A stretch of DNA of 64,000 bases, from contig NW_026262697.1 of NCBI RefSeq assembly GCF_021869535.1, positions 806,001 through 870,000 of the forward strand. The letters run 5' to 3'. The notes beneath the pieces were generated by a model that searched no databases, was not told where the DNA came from, and was given only the letters and a program-made list of their open reading frames with translations. This document shows positions 1 through 13,202 of this stretch, in pieces (the first letter of the stretch is position 1; each line of letters starts with the position of its first letter). The DNA is from Mytilus californianus. Its lineage: Eukaryota. A program made the position numbers and the translations under genes.

Positions 1-66
1 CCACGAAGTAAGCTTCCCAAGCTTTCTTCATCCGGGTATTGATGACATTGTGCTCTGCCCATGTAC
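1..66 (-). CDS. TEX33: TEX33-like gene, downstream coding exon (runs off the window edge)
   Basis: Minus strand reads tttcttttag|GT ACA TGG GCA GAG CAC AAT... A phase-1 join with the exon ending at 4867 gives ...RDEL-S-TWAEHNVINTRMKKAWEAYFV. This resembles the TEX33 C-terminus as I recall it (..DDLGRWHQKN..LQKALEEKY). Confidence 0.75.
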
Positions 67-441
67 CTAAAAGAAAGCCAAGGTTACAATATACAAAGCA
101 GGATATTAGTATCTACATGTATCAAGAATGGATCCAAGAGTAGAAAGTGCTTACCAAATGTGACTCTGAAAATTTTGTACCTTCAAACTTACGAACTAAG
201 TACATACTAATCTTATGATTTCCCCTTAAGGGCATCGCCATGTTTGTTCCATGGGGTCTAAGAGTCGCGGGGGGTGGGAGGGTGATACCGAGTTTAAATC
301 AAAGTTTTGATTGACGAAAACAAATCTAATCAAGTCCGCTGCAAGTAAGGGCTTTAACAGGATTCTACTCTATAATGAAACTAATTCCTAGTGGTCCGAA
401 AACACATAACCAAGTAGTTGTCAAAAACTTGGATTACTCAA

Positions 442-879
442 GTTATAAAACGCAGACCACTCGTATGAAAACTGGAGAGCAATATACCTCCCAATGTTAT
501 AAAACGCAGACCACTCGTATGAAAACTGGAGAACATTATACCTCCCAATGTTATAAAACGCAGACCACTCGTATGAAAACTGGAGAACAGTATACCTCCC
601 AATGTTATAAAACGCAGACCACTCGTATGAAAACTGGAGAACATTATACCTCCCAATGTTATAAAACGCAGACCACTCGTATGAAAGCTGGAGAACATTA
701 TACCTCCCAATGTTATAAAACGCAGACCACTCGTATGAAAACTGGAGAACAGTATACCTCCCAATGTTATAAAACGCAGACCACTCGTATGAAAACTGGA
801 GAACAGTATACCTCCCAATGTTATAAAACGCAGACCACTCGTATGAAAACTGGAGAGCAATATACCTCCCAATGTTATA
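442..879. repeat. 54-bp minisatellite, left part (about 8 units)
   Basis: Unit ttataaaacgcagaccactcgtatgaaaactggagaacagtatacctcccaatg. It explains ORFs 375-926, 421-882 and 438-923. Confidence 0.97.
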
Positions 880-2129
880 CAAGAGTGCACACGCTGAAAT
901 GTCTCGCCTTCTTTACTAATCATTGATATTATGTTGATAGTCCTAAATATAAAGCTTTATTACAACTGTCACATAAACTTAACATTAACCAAGTAAACTA
1001 AACATTGACCAATGAACCATGAAAATGAGGTCAAGGTCAGATGAACCATGCTAGGCAGGCATGTACAGCTAACAATTCTTCCATACAACAAATATAGTTG
1101 ACCTATTGCTTATAGTTTAAGAAAAACAGACGAAAACACAAAAACTTAACACTGAGCAATGAACCTTGAAAATGAGGTCAAGGTCAAATAAAACCTGCGT
1201 GACTGACATATAGATCATAAAATATTTCCATACACCAAATATAGTTGAACTATTGCATATAGTATTAGAAAAAAAGACCAAAACTCAAAAACTTAACTTT
1301 GACCACTGAACCATGAAAATGAGGTCAAGGTAAGATGACACCTGCCAGCTAGACATGTACACCTTACAATCATTCCATACACCAAATATAGCTGACCTAT
1401 TGCATGCAGTATTAGAAAAAAAGACCAAAACTCAAAAACTTAACTTTGACCACTGAACCATGAAAATGAGGTCAAAGTCAGATGACACCTGCCAGCTAGA
1501 CATGTACACCTTACAATCATTCCATACACCAAATATAGTAGACCTATTGCATACAGTATAAGAAAAACAGACCAAAACACAAAAACTTAACTATAACCAC
1601 TGAACCATGAAAATGAGGTCAAGGTCAGATGACACCTGCCAGTTGGACATGTACACCTTACAGTCCTTCCATACACTGAATATACTAGACCTATTGCTTA
1701 TAGTATCTGAGATATGGACTTGACCACGAAAACTTAACCTTGTTCACTGATCCATGAAATGAGGTCGAGGTCAAGTGAAAACTGTCTGACGGGCATGAGG
1801 ACCTTGCAAGGTACGCACATACCAAATATAGTTATCCTATTACTTATAATAAGAGAGAATTTAACATTACAAAAAATCTGAACTTTTTTTTCAAGTAGTC
1901 ACTGAACCATGAAAATGAGGTCAAGGACATTGGACATGTGACTGACTGAAACTTCGTAACATGAGGCATCCATATACAAAGTATGAAGCATCCAGGTCTT
2001 CCATCTTCTAAAATATAAAGCTTTTAAAAAGTTAGCTAACGCCGCCGCCGCCGCCGTAGCCGCCGCCGCCGCCGCCGGATCGCTATCCCTATGTCGAGCT
2101 TTCTGCGACAAAAGTCGCAGGCTCGACAA
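880..2129 (-). mobile_element. DINE-1/HINE-like non-autonomous Helentron inserted in the 54-bp array
   Basis: The minus-strand 5' end TTGTCGAGC-ctgcgac-tttt-gtcgcag-aaa-GCTCGACA is a subterminal IR with a hairpin. It is followed by a (CGG)n microsatellite and about 7 internal ~147-bp repeats. It sits in ttata|aaacgc with no TSD, and the host unit resumes in register. Confidence 0.8.
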
Positions 2130-2450
2130 AAACGCAGACCACTCGTATGAAAACTGGAGAGCAATATACCTCCCAATGTTATAAAACGCAGACCACTCGT
2201 ATGAAAACTGGAGAACAGTATACCTCCCAATGTTATAAAACGCAGACCACTCGTATGAAAACTGGAGAACAGTATACCTCCCAATGTTATAAAACGCAGA
2301 CCACTCGTATGAATACTGGAGAACAGTATACCTCCCAATGCCATAAAACGCAGACCATTCGTATGAAAACTGGAGAACAGTATACCACCCAATGTTATAA
2401 AACGCAGACCACTCGTATGAATACTGGAGAACAGTATACCTCCCAATGTT
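2130..2450. repeat. 54-bp minisatellite, right part (about 6 units)
   Basis: Same unit as 442-879. Confidence 0.97.
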
Positions 2451-3454
2451 TTTTTTGTGGACGTTTAAGAATTATTGAGGACATTATTCGGGAAACTGAT
2501 TTATATTTTAAGTGGAGTTTTGCACGATATAGAAACCATTATGTCTTTTTTGTCAATTCCTGTTGAATGTTAAACATATACATACCCCCACTTCCCCCTT
2601 TTGTTCGATTTATAAATAATCATCTTCTTAAAACAGAATGATTATGAAAACATTATTTTTGTAAGTTACAAAATTTAAACCCATCGACATCAATTCAGAA
2701 TAAGTCACAGAATACAATCAAATATGACTCCTGGATCCAATCTTGGATATGACAGAGTTGTAAAATAGTAACTGGCAAGTCAGAACGTACATGATTTAAC
2801 AGTAAGTCGGGAAAAACGACTTCCATAATGGCTGAATGAGAGAACTGTGTGCATATTTTTATTATACCAGACTATCTAGCTAGAGACATACAACACCAGA
2901 AATCGGTAGCGAATTTACATTTGTCTCAACACACCGACTTCCCATTTGAAATATATGTCAAAGTATTAGGTCAGCATGAATAAAGAAAAAGAGTAATTGA
3001 AGGTACAGAGTTTTAAAATACTCAATTATTTATATTTTCTAATTTCTTCAAAACTTCCCCGTTCCTCGTGTAATCCTTTTCCAAAACAGAATTTAGCAAT
3101 TAATGAATGACAATGATACTTTTTATCTTGAAGAAAACATATGAATTAAGAAAAGAAAAAGAAAAGGGCGTTCATTGAAAAGATGTTAATCGGAATATAT
3201 ACTAAAAAAAAAAATAGAGAATAACCAGAGAAAACATTAACAAAACTGGAACAGTACATCTTACATGATCATACATATCGTGTTCTGTACTTTGGCCTAA
3301 AGAACATGTGATTACTAGCACAAGATCAGGATTGGTGGACAACGAACAATCTCATTTGTTATCAGACTTGAAAATATTAAATAAATTTGGAGGTTTAGTG
3401 GCCGAAAAATGACAAAGAAATAAAATTTTGAACAATTAATGAAAACAGTATCTT

Positions 3455-3590
3455 CAAATTTGTCGAAAGCGTCTTATGATGGACATCTGCAAGTAGCAAA
3501 GTTAACATGTTAAAAATTGAGGAGAATATAGTTGATAGAGGAAATGTAGAGATACATGCAATGCCTGAAACGTCTATACATCATGCAACC
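3455..3590 (+). pseudogene. Possible decayed ankyrin-repeat fragment
   Basis: Translations LSKASYDGHLQVAKL(TC*) and ETSIHHAT resemble ankyrin consensus pieces. They are short and broken by stops. Confidence 0.25.
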
Positions 3591-4067
3591 ACTACCGATC
3601 AGTATAAATATAAAAGTATAGATAATTGAATATTAAAAGTAGTTTCAACTACAGGTAAGTTAAAAGGAATAAAAACCGAAATAAAGTTACCGTATTATAA
3701 TGTTTGTATGTTAAAAAAAAAAAACAAATAATACCATTACCTGTAGTATCAGAATGGCATATTTAATGTATTTATCGGCAATTTGTACATTTTCCCTTTG
3801 ATCTTATACTGCCTAATATTTTTAAGAACATGGACAGGACTTGATACTCGAAAATACTAGACAATGCCGTCATGTATCAGTGCAGCAACGTCACGTGCTC
3901 AAATCCATCCGCATCGATTTCATTCACGAATACAACCGAACAAGTCTAGTCCAACTTTTTGTACGCATAGAAGTAGTTTTACTTACTATATCATTTTACT
4001 TCATATTCTCAACCAAAAATAAGACATCCAGTTAAAACAAATTGCCGATAAAAAGAATAATGTTTTT

Positions 4068-4150
4068 TTTTTATACTGACCATCAGCTCGAATATCAGCT
4101 CGCCTTAGCGGGCTCGCTTGATATTCTTGGTGATAAAGTCAGTTTCAAAA
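4068..4150. mobile_element. Small foldback/MITE-like element
   Basis: Imperfect inverted arms tttttatactgac...gtcagtttcaaaaa around a GC-rich core (gctcgccttagcgggctcgc). Confidence 0.4.
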
Positions 4151-4866
4151 ACAAAAATGTCATCATTCTATATGTATGTGTATGCTGTGTGGATTTTTAT
4201 TATTCGTATAGATATGACTCTAATAAAACTTGTTTTAAGGAACCTCGCTGTTATTATTTAAGTACAAATATAAAGTTATTTGATATTATGAGTCATCATT
4301 TTTCGCCTTGAATTTTCTCGGTGTCTCTTCGTTAACCAGTTTTTTTTCCAAATTCATTAGCATGCAGTAGGTAATATATCGATAATTTTCAGTTTGAAAT
4401 AATGATTATAAGCATCGGAAGAAATAAAAATCATTTTCCCCGGGAAACATTATGGTGAATCTCGTTCATAGCTAGAAATACCACGAGCTCAAATTTTAAA
4501 ATCAAATGGTTAAATGCATTTTTTGCTTCACTTTGTTATTCGGGGACCAAGAAATAATCGATCCACAAGGTTAGTGAACAACCCAATAACTGATGCAAAC
4601 GGATATGTCGACCTTTCCAGACTTCCTCATTTCCTCTAGTTTTATAGATTCTGTATTTCATATAATTATTCATAAAATGTATACAGTTTCTCACTGCTGT
4701 TATCAATATTGACAGTCTAATTTGATGGTGCATATGTGTGTGTTTTTTTGTTGTTTTTTGTTGTTTGTTTGTTTGTATTTGGTGACTGTCTTGTATATCT
4801 TATGTATTTTCCACATTTGCTAATTTTACAGATTGACCAATCGCAAACAGATTGTTTCTAACTTAC

Positions 4867-5616
4867 TTAGTTCGTCTCTCTGATACCTCCATTTATCCGG
4901 GTCTGGGTTTCGATTTAAATGCACATCGTCTGTATATACGGATTTGGTTGTGGACGTATGGTGGTCTATGGTATAACCGGGGAACACATTTTGACGCATA
5001 AAGTTTCCGAGTTGTTCATATTCTGGTTTTAATTGTTTTTCTAAAGCAGTAATGGACACCCGGTCTTTCTTCTTACCAGAGGCTCTACTTTTAGCCTGTT
5101 CTTCTAAAGTTTGTTTGACTACTTTTTCATCAGATAATAAATTGTCACATACTCTAGTACCGTATTGATGTTTAATATTTGGCGGGATGTCGATTGCGGC
5201 TCTTGGACTATTTTCACCCCTTGCTGAAGGTTGTCTCCCTATGCACGTTTGAAGCATGTTATTGTTTGTGTTTTGAGATCTAATAGGAATGTCGGTCTTT
5301 TCTCTACGAGCAGCGAAATCATTCCCTGGTCGGAGAATATCCCCTATAAGACTGTACTGATGAGCTGGCAGTTTTCTCTCTTTACCATATTTATCATAGT
5401 TATAGCTACTTCTCTCGTTTAGGCCGACTCTATTCATTCGCCTAGCAAGTTGTGCTGCTTCCTCGGAAAGACGACTGCTTTTATTAGTATATGTTTGGTT
5501 TCCTCTGAATGACAGTGCGTCTCGTTCAGCCTCTCTGATGGAATTATCTGTTTTGTTAAACAGAGCTTTTAATTTTTCGTATTCAGCTCGGTTCTTTGCA
5601 ACATACTCATCCGATC
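4867..5616 (-). CDS. TEX33: TEX33-like gene, 750-nt internal coding exon
   Basis: Acceptor ttcttttcag|GA at 5616 and donor A|GTAAGT at 4866. The frame is open: (G)SDEYVAKNRAEYEKLKALF...YEQLGNFMRQNVFPG...TKSVYTDDVH..DPDKWRYQRDEL. Phases are consistent with both flanking exons. Confidence 0.85.
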
Positions 5617-5692
5617 CTGAAAAGAAAATATATGTATTTTATTTTATACTAACAGCATATATTTTCCTGTGGACTGGCTTACTACCTTTGTA

Positions 5693-6080
5693 TATAGATA
5701 TATGATGATGTGGTATGAGTGCCAATGAGACAACTCTCCATCCAAGTCAAAATTTATAAAAGTAAACCATTATAGGTCAAAGTACGGTCTTCAACACGGA
5801 GCCTTGGCTCACACCGAACAGCAAGCTATAAATGGCCCCAAAAATTACTAGTGTAAAACCATTCAAACGGGAAAACCAACGGTCTAATCTATGTAAAAAA
5901 CGAGAAACGAGAAACACTTATGAACCACATCAACAAACGACAACTACTGAACATCAGATTCCTGACTTAGGACAGGTACAAACAATTGCAGCGGGTTTAA
6001 ACGTTTTGATGGTACCAAACCTTCACCCTTATCTGAAACAATAGTGTAACATCACAACATAGAAAGACACACTATAAAAT
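5693..6080 (+). repeat. Abundant interspersed repeat (gatgtggtatga-tgccaatgagacaact family)
   Basis: Related copies or fragments at about 10095-10130(-), 23985-24411(-), 30520-30710(+), 36115-36376(+), 38690-39020(-) and 61550-61775(-). Confidence 0.85.
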
Positions 6081-6464
6081 TACACTATGAAGTTTTTCGG
6101 AACACATACGAATTTTGAAAACCAAATCTTGACTTGTTCTGGGTAATCATTCAATGAACGCCAATCGTTGTGTGAAGGATTGATTGGTGTTCGCTTAAGA
6201 CACTTGAAACCAAATGTGTAATATTATAGGATATCAAATTTTGCAATACGACAGGAACTAAGTACGGAACTTCCAAGAAGCTATTGATTGAGATCTTTTA
6301 CGTGCAATGAGTCGGAAATTCATCAAACAAGTATTTTTTTTCTCATAAAGCAACAAGTGTTTGAGTATATATGGATCTCCCACAGTTAAACGAAAGGAAG
6401 AAGTCCATATAGTCAAAGTACGTGCCTCTGCTAAGGCTGAGATATCTTCCTTGATATACAAGAC

Positions 6465-6955
6465 ATTATTAAATCAGTGGAATTGTGTGCCGCAGATAAG
6501 GTTAGGACAACTCGCTGGACATACAAGACATTTATAAACCAGTGCCCTCCTGGATAAACAAGACATATTGAAATAATTCAGCGATATGATGTGTCTAAGA
6601 AAAGAATGAGACTACTTGCTTGTCATACAAGACATTAATAAATCAGTACCATCCTGGATATAAAAAAAACAATTGAAATGAATCAACGATATGATGTGTC
6701 TAAGATAAGAATGGGACTACTTGCTTGTCATATAAGACATTAATAAATCAGTACCATCCTGGATATAAAAAACCCATTGACATGAATCAGCGATATGATG
6801 CGTCTCACTTAAGAGTGGGACAACTCGTTTGACATACGAGACATTAATAAATTTGTGCCTTTCTGGATAAACACTACATTGAAATAAATCAGCGATATGA
6901 TGCGTCTCGGTTAAGGATGGGAAAACTCGCCTGACAGACAAAACATTTATAAATC
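6465..6955. repeat. Degenerate ~120-bp tandem repeat (about 4 units)
   Basis: Recurring cagcgatatgatgtgtct...acaagacattaataaatcagtaccatcctggata. Confidence 0.85.
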
Positions 6956-8049
6956 ACGAACTGTGCATTTCGATCTGAATATTCCAGTATAATTTGCTAC
7001 TGGACGATATGTAACAAATACCTAACTAATGTCCTGTACAATAAGTATTCTGTCCAGTTTTTAAAATAAAGAGTAAAGATATGTTTTCGTCGATTGTTTC
7101 AACCTATTCATCATTTAACAGCTATCGCGTGCTGATTTGTTCTGACAACAATACAAGTAAAGTAATTATTCTTTTATGTCATTTGAAATAAAATGATATG
7201 GATCATAATGAACTGATGTATTGTATGCTTACCTTCTATGATGTATGGCTAATATGAAAACTGCATAACAACATAACAATCTATGAATGTGGTTACCCCG
7301 TCCTCACAAGGAATACAGATTAAATATTTAATTGTTATGTATATTAATCCTTAAACTTGAATGGTCTTTAATTGTCACGGTATACATAATAGATTGATTA
7401 ACGGTGTTTGGTCGCAATAGACAATCAATATTTCCAGTACCATTTAATTTGTATAGATATTACTTTACTAAGTTTTAAATGACAATTCACTACGATTTCT
7501 ATTTTAGAATAATTGTTTGCTTAAGTTAACGATTATATATGATACAATACACTAATTTTGATGATGTAATATTTTCAAATACGGGAACGGATTTTAATTA
7601 AAAAAGGAAAATTCGGATAAAAATTCAGATTTAATCTGACAATAGGATTACAAAGGTTTTCTTTATTTACCAAATCAAACCAACAACTATTGTTAGTAAC
7701 ACGGAAAGAAAACCTTTGTCTTCTATTCTGAAAGACCGATATTTTTTTTAAATTCTGAAAATTTCAATATAATTTGGCGCTCAAAAAGGAATACCATTAT
7801 GGCCTTAACGTCAAAACGCTTAAGCACTGCACTTTCACTTCAGTCTTATATACCCCTAAAAACAGCATCATCCTGAATCAGCATGAAATATTTTCACACC
7901 AGTCTTCCATCTTCAAAAAGCCTCATCCTGATTCAGCATGAACTATTTTCGACTGAGCGGTAAGAAACCAACAACCAATCAATCAACCACATACTCTTAC
8001 CGTATGACTTAATTATATGATATATTAAGATATCCATGTTATAAATTAC

Positions 8050-8290
8050 CTGACAATAATTGTGATCGGAGGGAGTCCGGTAATTTAAGTTTATCCTTCT
8101 TTCTTCGCTCCAATAAAAGTTTTTGGTGTTCTTTTGGATCGATTCTTTTAATACTCTCAATATCTTCCTGGTCATAAACTTCTAATGCTGTTCCAAATAA
8201 TGAATGTTTCGGCATGGCTGCAGTCCGTTTTGCAGCTGCATTCCTCCATGGATCGTCAATCGCTTGTTGGTCAACAGCTACCGCTGCCAT
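8050..8290 (-). CDS. TEX33: TEX33-like gene, first coding exon (MAAVAVDQQ...SQLLS, 80 codons + 1 nt)
   Basis: Acceptor ttcag| at 8300, ATG at 8290, donor G|GTAAT at 8049. G+GA gives Gly in frame with the exon starting at 5616. Confidence 0.75.
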
Positions 8291-8649
8291 AGTGGGACAA
8301 CTGAAATTGCAACAGACTTCCACACTGAGATATTATAGATCATCACATTTAATCATAAATGAATACCATTATGGCCTTAAAGCAAAACCGCTTATGCACT
8401 GCACTTTCATTTCAGTCTTATATATCAGCGATTATTAACAGAAACATATTTTATGTTATCATCTATTTATAAACTTGTCAAGGAAAACAATTGAGTTTCC
8501 TGCCTAAATTCACATAACTTGTACACTAGATGTCTATTTCATTGTGTAATTGTGGCATTCTCTTTATGGATAGAAACCCTAAACAGCCTCATCGTGAACC
8601 TCAGTGGTGTATGCCCCAAAACTCTTTTAATTGATATAAATATGAAACG

Positions 8650-9785
8650 ATATGAAGAAAACAATGATGATCCTGACTTTCAGAATGACAATGCCGATTA
8701 TAGCGATGAGACGATACAGAAGATGATGGTGACCCCGACGACAGGAATGACAATGTCGATTATGGCGATGAGACAATACAGAAGATGATGGTGACCCCGA
8801 CGACAGGAATGACAATGTCGATTATAGCGATGAGACGATACAGAAGATGATGGTGACCCCGACGACAGGAATGACAATGTCGATTTTGGCGATGAGACAA
8901 TACAGAAGATGATGGTGACCCCGACGACAGGAATGACAATGTCGATTATGGCGATGAGACGATACAGAAGATGATGGTGACCCCGACGACAGGAATGACA
9001 ATGTCGATTATGGCGATGAGACGATACAGAAGATGATGGTGACCCCGACGACAGGAATGACAATGTCGATTATGGCGATGAGACAATACAGAAGATAATG
9101 GTGATCCTGAAGATAAGAATGACATTACCGATTATGGCGATGAGACGATACGGAAGACGAAGGTGATCCAGGCGATAAGAATGAAAATGTCGATTATGGC
9201 GATGAGACGATTCAGAAGATCATGGTGATTCTAACCCTAGGAATGACAATGTCGATTATGGCGATGATTCGCTACAGAAGATGATGGTGATCCTGACGAT
9301 AACAACAACAATGTCTATTATGGCAATGAGTTGCTACAGAAGATGATGGTAATCCTGACAATAAAAATGACAATGCCGATTATGGTAATGAGACGAAACA
9401 GGAGACGATTCTAATCCTGACGATAACAATAATAATGTCTATTTTGGCGAAATGACGATACAGAAGACGATAGTGATCCAGACGATAAGAATGTCAATGT
9501 CGATTATAGCAATGAGATGATACAGAAGATAGTGTTGATCCTGACGATAAGAAAGACACTGCCAATGATGGCGATGAGACGATACAAACGATGATGGGGA
9601 TCATGACGATAACAATGACAATGTCGATTATGGCAATGCGACGATACAGAAGACGATTATGATCCTAACGATAACGATAACAATGTCGGCTATGGCTTTA
9701 AGACGACATGGAAGATGATGGTGATCATGACGATAACGATAACAATGTCTATTATGGCTATAAGACGATATAGAAGATGATGCCC
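8650..9785. repeat. 62-bp minisatellite with decaying flanks
   Basis: Core unit gatgatggtgaccccgacgacaggaatgacaatgtcgattatggcgatgagacgatacagaa. Near-identical at 8720-9090, degenerate elsewhere. Confidence 0.95.
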
Positions 9786-10944
9786 AAGACGTGAAAATTT
9801 ATAATTTAAATATCAAACCTGTGACAAACAACAATACTACAGAGATTTGCGTGCACTTAAAACAATATGACATTCAGACGTACAAGGAAAAAATGTCTGA
9901 TCCCCGGTCGGGTCAACCCAAAATATTTCAGATAAATGTTGGTTTTTTCTCCACTAAAAACGTATCAATTGAGGGTAAAAACAAAGAATGATCGAACCGG
10001 TGTAGGAATATGTCCTGTGTGATAACTTGTTTTCCGGCAAACCACTACTTTGTTAACTAAGTGATCTGTTCTTGGTTACATCCATGTCTTTGGGTCTTTG
10101 GCAATCATCCCACATCTCCTTATTGCATGTTATGGATCCAGCTTAGCCTGTCATTGGTGTACAATGCAGTGTTTTTAATTACATGTCATCTCGTGTGATA
10201 TTTCCCGCTGAACGTTAAGTACCAACAGCTCAGTAAAAATAACTTAATTGTCGTCATTAAGAATTCATACAAAAGCACCTCCAGAAACTGTAAGATCTTT
10301 AATCAACAAATAGTTCTAAAAATCATGCCTTCGCAAATGAAAAGAAATTCTCATATCTTCTATGAAATATACTAGAGAAAACAGACGGAGAAGATACCAA
10401 GGGGCAATAATATAGTATATAAGATAGACTAAGATCGACGTCCGTTCCTCAAATCGGAATCCAATCTGACGTCATAATAAAACAAGAATTAAAAAAAAAT
10501 TTGGTTCTCTCTAATGAGGTCCTTTTAGTTTTCGTAAATCGAAGTCCAATTCCTACCTTCTCTAATCGACGTCATGGTTGTAAACATCCTAACCAAACGA
10601 AGATTATAACACCAAATACAAATTTGAACCAAACCAATACCAAATTGAGACCTCGTGGCATAAAATTTATCAATATAATTTTTACATTTCTGGTCACGTG
10701 ATTTTAACCGCATTCATATCAATTTTGCTTTTGTCTAACTCTTTGCTATGAACATTTTGTTTCTTGATTAATTCTAATGATTTATGAACTGTATTGCATT
10801 TGATTGTTTCCTGCGGTCTTCCTCTCTGAATTTCTAAATCACGAACTTTTTTAATCAATATTAGAAATGAAGTTTGAGTTGGATGGATTAATTGGCGTCT
10901 ACCTTACATCCATGTCAGATTTTTTACGTGCTAGCTTACATAGT

Positions 10945-11122
10945 ACTGTCCACATGAAGACACACCACTACACAGACACAATATTCTGTACTATCCACAT
11001 GAAGACACACCACTACACAGACACAATATTCTGTACTATCCACATGAAGACACACCACTACACAGACACAATATTCTGTACTATCCACATGAAGACACAC
11101 CACTACACAGACACAATATTCT
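10945..11122. repeat. 45-bp tandem repeat, about 4 units
   Basis: Unit ctgtactatccacatgaagacacaccactacacagacacaatatt. Confidence 0.95.
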
Positions 11123-11798
11123 AACTCCAAGCCAACCAGATTGTGCTTTTACTACTAATTTTCGCGTGTTTGGCGAAGAAGCAACACACACCAGATCGAA
11201 CCAACGCTATATGCAACCATCATTAAGACAACGGAAGCAAAATAAACAATAACTACAATAAAAACAACAATACTCAGATATGGATACACGGCATAAGGAA
11301 CCTTTATCGCTGTGAAACAAAAAGTGTGATTGACATTAAACAATACAACATAATATATTTTGCACAGAACGTCCGACAAATAATGTTTGTCAGCGTAAAA
11401 TACCCAATAAGCGTGTCATATCCTAGGTTTTAATACCAAAGACAAACAAATCATCTCGGCCGATTTAGACACATCCTTAGATTTAATACCAATTCATAAA
11501 ACATATTTGGACAACCATATCTTCGTGTAATGTTTGCAAATTTTCGACGGTTTCAGTGTAGAAACTTAACAATATGAAAGGTGAAGAAATTGAAACCAAT
11601 AGTTGAACCCAAACCCCCTTTTTTATTACAAGTTGTGGATATTAGTAAAGTGAAACACCAGTGAAAATCTGAGAGCTAATTTTTTTCCGGCATTTAAATG
11701 GCTTTCTAGTTACCGTCACTAAGCAATTTGACTTGGAAGTTCACTGGTCAAAAACAGTTGCTAGCAAATACGAAAAAACCCGCAAACATAAGTCCTAA

Positions 11799-12461
11799 TA
11801 TAAGTTATCTACGTTCATATCCATATCTACGGATATGAACGTAGATAACGAATTTATCCCCGGTCTTAGTCTAAATCTGGCGATTTTTAGAGAAATTCGA
11901 CCACAAAGTTAAACGTGAAAGCATCGTTTTTTTCATTTTTTAAATATCTTTTATTGAAATTTGGGAATTTGACATATCTTTAACGGGGTGTAGGGTACTA
12001 CCTTTGGTAGAACCCTACAGGTAGTCAAATATAAGACGTTTTTAATCCAGAGACAGAGAAACGGGAATGGGTCGAATTTGGCGCTCAATGTTGTGAGAGT
12101 TACATCATAGACGGTGTGACGTCAACGTGGGTCATTTGCATAGCTAGGTCAGTAGTCCCATTCATTGACAATGTGGCAGCCAAGTAATGCATTTACTAAA
12201 ATGAGTGCAAATGATCGACATAATAAGATAAAATCGTCAGTTGATTAAATATTTAATTACAGACATCATGGATAATCTACAGAATTCGATATTTCACAAG
12301 GAACAACCATGGAACTAAGGAAAACGCGCGTGATGTTCCCCGTTGTAATGGGTAGCAACGTCCGGGTATATGGGTTAGCAACACCCAGGGGCTATGGGTT
12401 TTGTAACTGACGACGTGCATTAACCAATCAAAATCCTAGAAATATACTAAGCCGGGGATAA
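11799..12461 (-). mobile_element. HINE/Helentron-like non-autonomous element, copy 1 (collapsed terminal hairpin)
   Basis: Subterminal IRs ttatccccggtcttagt / actaagccggggataa and a terminal palindrome. Highly similar to 55854-56606. Confidence 0.8.
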
Positions 12462-12552
12462 TAGCATATATATAGCATGATATAATTATTATTTGATGAA
12501 AATTTTATTTCGCTTGAGCATTTACAATATTGTTATCATTGCGTCAGGTATA

Positions 12553-12720
12553 CACCTTATCGCTATTTGTCCGCCATTACTGGACATCACACAAGTTCCC
12601 GTGAAATTCTGACGTCATAATAGAAAATGTCTGACGCCACAATGGAAAAGTGATTGTTGTATGACGTCAAAAGTTCGAGCGGGACAGATTCTCGGGTCAA
12701 GCGGGAATAGCGATAAGGTG
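12553..12720. mobile_element. MITE with TA target duplication (Tc1/mariner-like)
   Basis: TA|caccttatcgctatt ... aatagcgataaggtg|TA, a perfect 15-bp TIR. Confidence 0.8.
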
Positions 12721-13202
12721 TATTGTTTTCACGGTGAGAGTAAACAGTCGATCAGAATGATTCCAAAATGAAAAAATGATCTCGATTTTTTACAAGAATT
12801 GACAGAAAGAGATACAAACCAAGAGATGCTTTTGGGATGAAACATGATTATTTAGTCATTGGGAAGTATTCAGATCGTTCGACGAATCTGAGATAAGGAT
12901 AATTTATTAAAAGGGGGAGGGACCAATGATAAATTTTGCATAAAAAGGGGGCGGCATGAAAAAAAAATCAAAATATACAAAGAAACACAGTTATATGTCA
13001 AAATGGGAACGAGAGTCACCCTGTCCCCTTCCGGATTAGCACCTTTTTCAACAGATACAAATTTACACTGAACAGCTGATCCGGCCGTAATCTGTATCAG
13101 TATATAGTATACCCTAGCTTTTCAGTCACAACAACTAACACTAATGGGTAAACTGAAATAATTAATTTATTTCAGACTGTTTATAACGATAAAAAAGCAA
13201 AA

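Noticed and set aside
375-926. 183-aa ORF of CYKTQTTRMKTGEQYTSQ repeats and overlapping antisense ORFs
   Set aside because: Produced by a stop-free 54-bp minisatellite. It is split by a transposon, lies in an intron and has no supporting gene structure.
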